From contig JAAOZP010000011.1 of the NCBI GenBank assembly GCA_011605725.1, positions 64,001 to 128,000 on the forward strand: a stretch of 64,000 nt of DNA. The letters are read 5' to 3'. Positions 58,001 through 64,000 of this stretch are shown here, piece by piece. The DNA comes from Nitrososphaerota archaeon. GTDB lineage: Archaea > Thermoproteota > EX4484-205 > JAAOZP01. Within the stretch, counting starts at the first letter, position 1. Each line of letters opens with the position of its first letter. The notes beneath the pieces were generated by a model. That model was not told where the DNA came from, did no database searches, and worked only from the letters and a program-made list of their open reading frames with translations. A program made the position numbers and the translations under genes.

Positions 58001-58077
58001 CACTGCTTGTTACAAGGCGTTCTTACCCGAGGAAGATGGAGATCCCAGTCATCTATCCGAACCCCTACGGGATTTAA
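52060..58077 (+). CDS. Giant (2005 aa) cell-surface repeat protein with about 20 beta-sandwich modules and three C-terminal TM helices
   Basis: Signal peptide; recurring QY.LTV.S.YG...G.GW(Y/F)D.G...F..WSGD units (InlB-B/Flg_new-like), F.Q.GLD units and one thermopsin-type YTVSFTQIGLP.G.EWSV unit; hydrophobic C-terminus. Confidence 0.85.
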   Translation: MMILNTCRIFVRRFGKTWAGVLLVSMMLLVVLSMLPTSLHTSAVPPSRQPPSITINTVTQDGNLFTVKGVASFSVPAGQTSQYHVQVVWEHNGSVVFQNDYAEIPPLKDLGEERYEYDFADSRTLNTGGEWTIRARLYHVKPPGNDNQADASTKIIFTTFMVTITTKPEGLKIAVDGEVYTSPQTFAWLNGSKHTIGTFSPQSEGDTIYTWVSWSDGGEISHMVTAVGDAIYTAFFKKQYLVCFNQTGLDSSATGVIVTVNGSSKSYDKLPFSNWYDENDWISYSYAETVNSSQTGKRFKLNYVTGPASPFQVSSFTLVIGSYTPQYLLTVETEPDGLTIIPGGGWYDANSLIILTAPGTIPVSQGIQYRFSHWSIDGVSQGMGVNPITVSMNTTHTATAHYVLQYYLTVESPYGAPSPGSGWFDAGTSITASVTSPWPPDSADTRSVCTGWVGTGSAPSSGTNTEVSFTINAPSSITWSWKTQYRVAFIQTGVDVDFTGVVMTIDGIGHGREGHAAWYDVGASIDFNFTGLLVVAVNQKRYVLTSVNASTPLIVTGPLTVMGSYRTQYYLTMITSHGTVSPGDGWFDAGSTVEITAALPPVVQGERYVWMGWTGTGSGSYTGMQNPAQITVNSPIKESASWKHQYYLAVNTPYGTAGGEDWYDEGSAAYATVAPLTVDGPDGVRYVFSHWSGDASGTASTSDPITMNAPKTAIAIWKTQYRVVFNQNGLDETAVGTVVTVNGSEHMQSNLPFTTWVDSGASINYGFESIVLTSDPGKRFRLNNVTGPETPFTVTGPVTVAGNYVTQWRVVFTVDPPGSGTTVPSGAGWYDAGIRFSISAEANPGFSFSEWTVNTSSINIADTSSQQTSVTVNGQGTVTACFTIFYTVSFTQIGLPTGVEWSVTFNGVTKSSTSNTIVFSNVQTGDYAWSTLTLIQLDSGTRYLASPSFGTLSVPSQLTQTISYTAQYRVEISWSGLDAEASGGKVVIITVGGTVFSRNVEDAFYEEWVNAGATVSYAFEETLSTAMSGKRFSLHHVSGTSASFSNDFGPISGPVYETAYYKAQYYITVISDYGSPTSSTWVDEGTSFTASVTSPAETMVNQHQWVCTGFKVDENPVQEGSSYTFVNVQTPHTIVFYWKKQFWIQVNSNHGSPTPSQWVDQGGSLMVSVTSPTDESEGVRYRCKGYTIDSNPPVEDGSTSHFFSDVQSAHTITFNWIAQYKVTFYTNPVQGTVTVRGVVKNNGESEFYDDGESIPITANPPSGYWFSRWTVTGGVAVDNYGSQTAIMMVSRPGSLSAIFVINAVSITITSSPVTGVGFIKVDGVPYNTPVTFTWVTGTTHVLEAVSIVPGATGIRYVWKSWSDSGAQMHVYTVPSMSETVTACFSTQYYLTVISPHDTPGGSGWYEEGSIAYATLETRIVVENGVQYVFTGWSGDASGTSLTSNPIMMNGPKTAVANWATSAYTVTLDKSPRQGVITVDGVVYTSLPVVLNWVPGSSHTVMVPSIEEAGGTRYVFREWSDGSTQASRIIVAEKTGAVYVAYYNVQHRLTVYSDHGLTTGSGWYDEGVEAVFSVTPTIVRDETEGVEYTFKGWVGSGAGKHYTGPDNPARVIMTGPVEEKAEWEPSMYCLKVVSEYGDPYGSGWYPVNSEARFGVNTPVNHGNGTMRVFLNWFGDISLREPVGTLIMVRPYTVIANWDTQYLVVYNTTAPNGVLLSVPGVPQTLAPGFNVYAQYYSAGSRVKIGPAPGTVYATEDTRYCFEGWMINGEPVSSDSNLDFTVNKPLHISMTYGTEILLTVNVVGANRNFTVKLTVEKSPAYVLDITPLSPFKEWVKKDTGLTLTVSSPNKIGRGEWAVFREWSGDAQGSQRIISLKASRPITVNAVFFAVNPVAESIPYSLLTGIVSIVLSRLIRRKRAEEPLEHRSYSPTLGIVSLTAVLTVSIIVSISVAMGYGINVAELPDLENWAVLFTGVEAIFFLVATLLVTRRSYPRKMEIPVIYPNPYGI

Positions 58078-58154
58078 GATGGGAGTTAGACAACTTATGA
58101 ACAAACAATGTCTTTATAGCTTCGTTGAAAATATTTTAAAGGAATGATGGTAAA

Positions 58155-59258
58155 ATGAAAGAGTTGAAAGAATTGAGGGAGGAGCATGTTCATCTTCTAA
58201 GACAACCTTACGGCTCGTTCTACTCGATGGACAGCCTCGACTTGAAAATCATCGAGGAAGTCCGCAAGCGTGGTCCAAGTAACATTTCTGAAATATCAAG
58301 AGTTTTAAACGTTGCTCCATCAACAGTATCCAGAAGGCTGGAGAAAATGGCTGCGACTCTTAAGCTTAGAATATTGACGAACCTGGCTTACCATAAGATT
58401 GGCATTAGAAGAGCAATTGTTGAAATAGAGCCTGAAGCCGGGGCTGAGGCAGAGCTGATGGAGAAAATCCTATCCTTAAGCTACTGGTTTCAATCCTACA
58501 GGATTCTTGGGAGCTTCGGCTACCTTGTTGGCTTTAAAATACCTTATGCCTTCTACAATGCTTACGAGTCAATGCTCAACAGTCTTAAGGAAGAATATAG
58601 GGTGAAGCATCTCGCTATCCACCCTCTTGGCGAAATAGTTGGCGTCGGACCCTGTTTCCGAAACTATGACGCAGAGGTTAAAAGATGGAGGATTGACTGG
58701 AGCGATATAAGAAGAAGCTTGACGGAGTCTAGCCCAATAATTCTTGAAGACCCTCCCGGATACAGCATGGAGGCAGATCCTCTGGATGTTCGAATAATGC
58801 TTATTCTTGAGAGTGATGCGCAGACCTCAATGTCTGATATAGCAAAGATTACAGGTGTCTCGGTTCCAACAGTGTCGAACAGGATTAAGAAGCTGACGGC
58901 GAACGGATTAATCCTCGGCTACGTTGCAAACATTCTTCCATTTCCATTGGAGGATTCTCGGCTCCTCCAGCTGATGGTGGAGTTTCCAGGGAAAACAGAG
59001 ATGCAGACATTCGCCTCAGGCCTATTGCAAACACCTTTTCTCCTGAGTTTTCAGAAAGAAATTGTGAAGCCGACGCTCTTCGCAAGGCTGTACCTGCCAA
59101 ACCGGGAGTATCCCTCGCTATCTGATCTTCTGAGAAGCCTGGTGAGAGAGGGGTTCGTGAAAGGATTCTCCGTGGTTGAACTAGACATTACTAGTGAACA
59201 GTCTAGAAAAATATCCGTTGGATTACTGGATTCGAAGGGCCAGTGGCAATTCGGATGA
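58155..59258 (+). CDS. Tandem Lrp/AsnC-type winged-helix transcriptional regulator
   Basis: Two D.LD..I...L HTH units (MDSLDLKII...TVSRRL; DPLDVRIM...TVSNRIKKL), each followed by an effector-like domain. Confidence 0.82.
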   Translation: MKELKELREEHVHLLRQPYGSFYSMDSLDLKIIEEVRKRGPSNISEISRVLNVAPSTVSRRLEKMAATLKLRILTNLAYHKIGIRRAIVEIEPEAGAEAELMEKILSLSYWFQSYRILGSFGYLVGFKIPYAFYNAYESMLNSLKEEYRVKHLAIHPLGEIVGVGPCFRNYDAEVKRWRIDWSDIRRSLTESSPIILEDPPGYSMEADPLDVRIMLILESDAQTSMSDIAKITGVSVPTVSNRIKKLTANGLILGYVANILPFPLEDSRLLQLMVEFPGKTEMQTFASGLLQTPFLLSFQKEIVKPTLFARLYLPNREYPSLSDLLRSLVREGFVKGFSVVELDITSEQSRKISVGLLDSKGQWQFG

Positions 59259-59443
59259 TCCGAGAATAACCGTTTAAACCACAGCCTTGATTCGCTTACT
59301 CTCACCAACATAGGCGCCTTCTTCAGATAAAAGCAGGGCCTCGATTTTTCGAGGCTTGTCTGTATTTTTCAGTGCAGACAATAAATGTTTGTATTTTTTG
59401 AATCAAACTGAGCCATAAGTATAGACAGTTCTTCATTTTCCTT

Positions 59444-60772
59444 GTGGCGAATTCCAGCAGAGCGGGTAAAAACCTTGTGCTTATCCTATTGATGGTTATG
59501 ATCCTTTTCACAGGATGCTCGCATTTTAATCAAGCTATAGGAGAGGCATCTGGGGAGTATGATCTGCTCGTCATCGGGCCAGAATCCTATCGGAGAATCC
59601 TGCAATGTTTTCTAGACTTTAAGGCAACACAGGGTATTAAGGCCAAGTTTCACCCGATCGAGCTGATCAGCATGAACATAACAGAGCCAAGTATTATTGC
59701 TGAAAAACTCCACGAGTTCATTGCTGGAGAATACTTTAAGTCAAGCATTAAATATCTGATTCTAGTAGGAACATATGAGCATGTGCCCACGAAATACGTT
59801 TACTCGCCGGGCGACGAGCTTGGGATGGCTGACTTCAACTATAAACCGTCTGACTGGTATTACGGTGTTCCAGACTGGAATGACTCTGAAATCGGCCTCT
59901 TGGGCGGAAACATTCCGAGGATTGCTGTCGGAAGACTGCCTGTGAAGAATGAAGAGGAGCTGGACCGTTTGATCAAGAAGATTATCCGTGTGGAAGCAGG
60001 TTTTCAACCAGGCCTGTTTCTCATACTGAGGGATCAATCTGTTAACGTTGATCAGCTGCTTAACGTGCTGCACTTCTCCAGTCCAATACGTGTAAACACG
60101 ACTCCCAGCACCCTGGATTCCTCCTTCTTTAAAAACGTAACCTTCTTGGTGACGATAACTCACGGCAGTTGGAATACGCTTTTCACGAGAACGCCGGAGG
60201 GAGAGTTAAAACCGCTAGTAACCTCTAATGAGGTTAGCAGGATAACGGAGAACTATGCTCTTCACTACATGGCTGCCTGCTTCGCGGGGGCACTTGACTC
60301 GGAGGGTGAATGCCTAGCACGTGTCCTTATTACTTCAGCCGGAGGGCCAGCTCTAGTGATCGCAAGTTCTAGAACAGAATGGTCTGAAAACCCTATTCTG
60401 CCAGTGTTCTGGAAGCGTTTTCTCGCCACGGGGGACGTGGGCGGATCATTCATAGAGGCTGTTGAAACATACCTTCTGGACGCAAATGTTTTCTCAGCGT
60501 CTAAGCCATCGTTCAGCCAGTATAATTTCTACCTTACCAAAGTAATATATGGAGACGTGTCTTGGAGAGTTGAAAACCCTGTGGGCAGCATGATGAATAG
60601 AGACGCATCGCCTAATTCAAGCAGCCGTATGGAAAACAGTTTAAAAGGTCTTTTAAACACGAATATTGTCGAGAAGGAGGCTAAACCCGCCTGGATCATC
60701 ATCCTGCTGCTTGCAACAGTTTTTCCAAGCTGTATTCTCGTTTTTCAAAAACAGTGGAAGAGTTTTCGCTGA
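59444..60772 (+). CDS. Peptidase C25 (gingipain-like) cysteine protease, secreted and membrane-anchored
   Basis: YLILVG....VP, SDWYY, IAVGRLPV, THG (His), AACFAG (Cys), YGD; signal peptide and C-terminal TM. Confidence 0.8.
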   Translation: MANSSRAGKNLVLILLMVMILFTGCSHFNQAIGEASGEYDLLVIGPESYRRILQCFLDFKATQGIKAKFHPIELISMNITEPSIIAEKLHEFIAGEYFKSSIKYLILVGTYEHVPTKYVYSPGDELGMADFNYKPSDWYYGVPDWNDSEIGLLGGNIPRIAVGRLPVKNEEELDRLIKKIIRVEAGFQPGLFLILRDQSVNVDQLLNVLHFSSPIRVNTTPSTLDSSFFKNVTFLVTITHGSWNTLFTRTPEGELKPLVTSNEVSRITENYALHYMAACFAGALDSEGECLARVLITSAGGPALVIASSRTEWSENPILPVFWKRFLATGDVGGSFIEAVETYLLDANVFSASKPSFSQYNFYLTKVIYGDVSWRVENPVGSMMNRDASPNSSSRMENSLKGLLNTNIVEKEAKPAWIIILLLATVFPSCILVFQKQWKSFR

Positions 60773-60807
60773 AAGTTTAAAAACGACGATTATCCTTTTG
60801 AATCGGC

Positions 60808-61842
60808 TTGCCTGATGCTAAGCTTATCGTAGGAATGGTTTTAACCCTGATCGGAGCCAGCCTAGTATTGGGCTTCCTGCCTGTTAAAACAGAGTATTCC
60901 CAGGAAGACCATGGCGGTGCTTCGAGAGAGGTTCGGGTGGAGTATGTGGAGAAACACAACTACACCTATTTTCTGAGCCAATGCTTTCTACTTAGAAACC
61001 CTTCCAACAATACTGTAGTGGATCTGGTTTACATGTGGCTTCCAGTTAACGCGAGCAACCAGTTAGTGAGGCTCTTGGAGACAAACCGTGAACCATTATA
61101 CAGGAAAAACAGTGAAGACGGTGCTGTAATACTTGTCTACAACTTGAGCCTAATGGGTGGAGAAACCACGTGGATCAACGCCACGCTTCAAGTGACTGTT
61201 GAAAAATACAGGCTCATCATGGAGAACCTTCCCTGGATGAATTATTCTCAGGTTGAGAAGAACACGGGTGGTAAAAGATACTGGGCGGTTGAAAACCAGA
61301 CGTACGTTTCAATAGCTCAGAGCATAGGTCTAGATGCTAGGGATCCTGTTGAAGCCTGCAGCAGGATCGGGAAATGGATACTTGCCAGGCTCAACTACCA
61401 GCCAACTTGGAGAAGAGGTGCGGAACACGCGTTGATTCTGAAAGACGGTAAGCTGGCTGTCTCAGGGGACTGCGAAGAGGTTGCCGACGTTTTCGTAACG
61501 CTTGCAAGAATACTTGGAATACGTTCAAGAGTAGCGCACGGCATCTACCTGCTTGAGGATAAGGATGTCGTAACAATGTGGATGAGGAGGACTGAAACTG
61601 GCTACGATCTTTCAGACAACTGGGGTGGGCACGCTTGGCCGCAGATATATGTCCCGCAAGCAGGATGGGTTGATGTTGAGCTGCTTGAAGGAGGAACTGT
61701 TAAAATAGGCGACTTCTCCCAGTACCATATTAAATACGGCTTTGAAGAAAAAAGCTTCATGGGTTCGACAATGCTCTACTGTCAGGCGATGTATTTGGAG
61801 ACAGATTTTTTCCACTTCACTTTCAGGAGGGTTCAGCCATGA
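60808..61842 (+). CDS. Transglutaminase-like domain protein with an N-terminal signal/anchor
   Basis: GDCEEVA..FV.LAR..GI..R, HAW, GWVDVE triad motifs; TTG start 24 nt after TTTAAAAA. Confidence 0.85.
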   Translation: MPDAKLIVGMVLTLIGASLVLGFLPVKTEYSQEDHGGASREVRVEYVEKHNYTYFLSQCFLLRNPSNNTVVDLVYMWLPVNASNQLVRLLETNREPLYRKNSEDGAVILVYNLSLMGGETTWINATLQVTVEKYRLIMENLPWMNYSQVEKNTGGKRYWAVENQTYVSIAQSIGLDARDPVEACSRIGKWILARLNYQPTWRRGAEHALILKDGKLAVSGDCEEVADVFVTLARILGIRSRVAHGIYLLEDKDVVTMWMRRTETGYDLSDNWGGHAWPQIYVPQAGWVDVELLEGGTVKIGDFSQYHIKYGFEEKSFMGSTMLYCQAMYLETDFFHFTFRRVQP

Positions 61843-62933
61843 GGCTTTCAAGGATAGCATTAACAATCCTGGTTGTTATCGTTTTAACGAAACTCGTAGC
61901 AATTCCTGCTAAACCTCAGCTAAACTATCTGATTGGTCTCAACATGGAGGTGGAGATCATGGATAACGGGGTTGCAAGAGTAACTTTAAAACAGCACCCG
62001 TTCGACGCAGCCGGTAGAAGCCTGATCTCGAATAAAGAGGTTGTGGAAAGAATTATCAGCGATCAGGATTCGACTTTAAGCCTAATCCTGCTCTTTTTCA
62101 CGACAAACCCTTCTAAAACACTCTATCTGATTCACTCGCCGTCAAAGCTGGATCTTGATGAACAAGTTTTTTGCAACACAGGCATACCGGGAGTTATGGA
62201 AACACTTAATGGTGCAGTGACACTTGTCGTCGACATATTCTTGAACACTACGAGCAGTCTCATACCGCTCGGCGGGGACATTTACCAAGTTGTCGTCACA
62301 GACTACTTCACGTTAACGGATCCACGCAGCTGGATAGACGTTATGGACTTCAGGTTTAAAGGTGGGGTTAAGCTGCTTAATTTCACAGTAGACCCTACTT
62401 GGGCTAAGCCACCTTCAATTGCAAACACCACCAGGTTGCAATGGTTGAACATGAATGAGGCGGATGCTCCGGACAACTATGTTTTCACACTCAAGATACC
62501 GGGAGTCGTATTCTCCAGCACACCGATCCGACTTAAGGCGGAAGTTTCTGCAGCAAGGTTTTCCAGCGCAACCTCGTCTCTCCAAGTAAGCGTTAGAAAC
62601 ATTGGAGATAGGGAGGGAGTTTTCACTGTCGTTTTGACGGAGAAGGTGTTTGAACAAGCCAGGAAGGTAAGCGTTAAACCTGGTGAAGAAGCATCAGTAT
62701 TGTTTCCGGTGCATGCTGGAAACGGGGAGGACCTGGTGGTGAAGATTTTTGGAGGAGGAGAGCAGCTTGATGAGCATAGGCTAACCGTTAGTGTCGACGA
62801 GACTGTGAACAACCGGCTGTTAATGCTTAGCGCAGTAGGGCTGATCCTAATGGTTATTGGGAGCTTACTGATACTTTTTTACATCGACGAGAAGCTTATG
62901 AAGCACCATCCGCCTTCTGAAGAGAAGGCTTGA
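61839..62933 (+). CDS. Secreted membrane-anchored hypothetical protein with a CARDB/Ig-like C-terminal domain
   Basis: ATGA overlap with the TGase stop; signal peptide; V.VRNIGD...V.PGE...V.F Ig-like motif; C-terminal TM. Confidence 0.7.
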   Translation: MRLSRIALTILVVIVLTKLVAIPAKPQLNYLIGLNMEVEIMDNGVARVTLKQHPFDAAGRSLISNKEVVERIISDQDSTLSLILLFFTTNPSKTLYLIHSPSKLDLDEQVFCNTGIPGVMETLNGAVTLVVDIFLNTTSSLIPLGGDIYQVVVTDYFTLTDPRSWIDVMDFRFKGGVKLLNFTVDPTWAKPPSIANTTRLQWLNMNEADAPDNYVFTLKIPGVVFSSTPIRLKAEVSAARFSSATSSLQVSVRNIGDREGVFTVVLTEKVFEQARKVSVKPGEEASVLFPVHAGNGEDLVVKIFGGGEQLDEHRLTVSVDETVNNRLLMLSAVGLILMVIGSLLILFYIDEKLMKHHPPSEEKA

Positions 62934-63143
62934 CAGTAAGCCTGTTACAACGTGCTCGCAGCACTATTCAAACAAGGGTTAGCCCGAATTCCTCATGCAG
63001 GCACAATCCATATGTAAACGTGAAGCTGAAGCATTCCGCTTCAACCATTAGAAGCTTTTGCTGAAACCCGGATATGAACGGCAGAATAATCGCACGTTTG
63101 GAGTAAAAAATATAACTTTGCGAATGGTTAAAGCAGTTGAGAA

Positions 63144-64000
63144 ATGTGCTACGAGAGAGGCCTTGCCGCTGTAAAACTGGAGGAGACAGATCGAGTGGCT
63201 CAAGTAGAGTTCATCTCTCACACGGGTTTTATCAGGAAAGTCTCAGGAATAGACCCTTTGAAACAGCCTGATGAAGCCCTTAGAAAAACCTATGATGCTC
63301 TCGACTTAGACATGATTTGGGCAACCTGGGACCCGGTGCACCCATGGGACATTCTTGGAAGAAATGGAGAATCCTTCAAGACTAGAGCCGACTCTTGGTC
63401 AGAAGCATATCCTACGACTTGGAGAACAGTTTTCAACGTTGAAACAGTTGAAGATGTGCTTGATTTCAACCCGATGGAGGAGTGGAGAATACCAAGTAGG
63501 GAGGAACTTGTAACATTCTTCAGAAGAGAACATTCGGCGAAACAGGAGTTCTTCAGGAGTCAGTTGGTTCCAGGTGGGAAATACCAGACTTGTTTCATGT
63601 GGCTCATCATGACGTTCGGGTTGGAGTGGACGGTTAAAGCAGCATACCGCGACCCGAAAAGGTTTGAGAAACTCTTGGAAAGGTTCCACAGGATCTCGAG
63701 ACTCGAGTTTGAAGCATGGGCCGAGACAGGTATTAAGGTTTTCATAAGCCATGATGACATATGTTCCACGAGGGGACCATTCTTTCCGCCTGAGTGGCTA
63801 AGGAAACACGTTTTCCCACGTTACGAAGAGCTCTGGAGCATTTTAAAGTCGAGAGGGATAAGAGTCCTCTTCTGCTCAGACGGCGACGTGACGATGATAG
63901 TTGACGACATTGCTAGGGCAGGGGCGGATGGGTTCATACTGGAGGAATGCAGCGACCTAGGAAAAATAGTTGAGAAATACGGCTCCAACAAGGTTATAGT
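63144..64000 (+). CDS. URO-D/MtaA-CmuA fold protein, running off the right edge (absent from the ORF track)
   Basis: Translated by hand from ATG 63144: MCYERGLAAVKLEETDRVAQVE...HDDICSTRGPFFPPEWLRKHVFPRY...VLFCSDGD...AGADG. Confidence 0.82.
   Translation, partial: MCYERGLAAVKLEETDRVAQVEFISHTGFIRKVSGIDPLKQPDEALRKTYDALDLDMIWATWDPVHPWDILGRNGESFKTRADSWSEAYPTTWRTVFNVETVEDVLDFNPMEEWRIPSREELVTFFRREHSAKQEFFRSQLVPGGKYQTCFMWLIMTFGLEWTVKAAYRDPKRFEKLLERFHRISRLEFEAWAETGIKVFISHDDICSTRGPFFPPEWLRKHVFPRYEELWSILKSRGIRVLFCSDGDVTMIVDDIARAGADGFILEECSDLGKIVEKYGSNKVI

Noticed and set aside
62934-63143. Spacer with a TGAAGC...GCTTCA hairpin as a tRNA or other ncRNA
   Set aside because: No cloverleaf, T-loop or convincing C/D boxes; one modest hairpin is not enough.

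Overview
This window is archaeal chromosomal DNA. Supporting markers are BRE/TATA boxes about 24-25 nt ahead of many start codons, AMP phosphorylase, an NrpR-type regulator, archaemetzincin and an archaeal-style VapBC. The gene content suggests a TACK-type anaerobic heterotroph such as Brockarchaeota, Bathyarchaeia or a Thermofilum relative; the taxonomy is inference only. There are about 55 CDS; I found no rRNA, tRNA, CRISPR array or transposase. The left third covers sugar scavenging: GH42, GH20, an unclassified GH42-like hydrolase, a class II aldolase, glycerate kinase, an oversized transaldolase and URO-D-fold proteins. The middle holds ridA/ilvA, a divergent iscS-iscU locus, moeA, a prenyl synthase with nrpR, VapBC and mscL. 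The most striking element is a tightly coupled six-gene operon at 42090-49506. It encodes an alkyl-DHAP-synthase (AGPS)-like flavoprotein, a CCG Fe-S protein, a BON-fused glycerol-3-phosphate dehydrogenase with its two usual partners, and a kinase resembling eukaryotic GK5. The dehydrogenase and the kinase carry membrane/lipid-type insertions, suggesting O2-independent glycerol-ether (alkylglycerol) lipid metabolism. Other oddities are an apparently circularly permuted MscL, a frameshifted PHP hydrolase, and a surface cluster with a 2005-aa repeat protein, a gingipain-like protease and a transglutaminase-like protein. All family calls come from motif recognition by eye; no searches were run.
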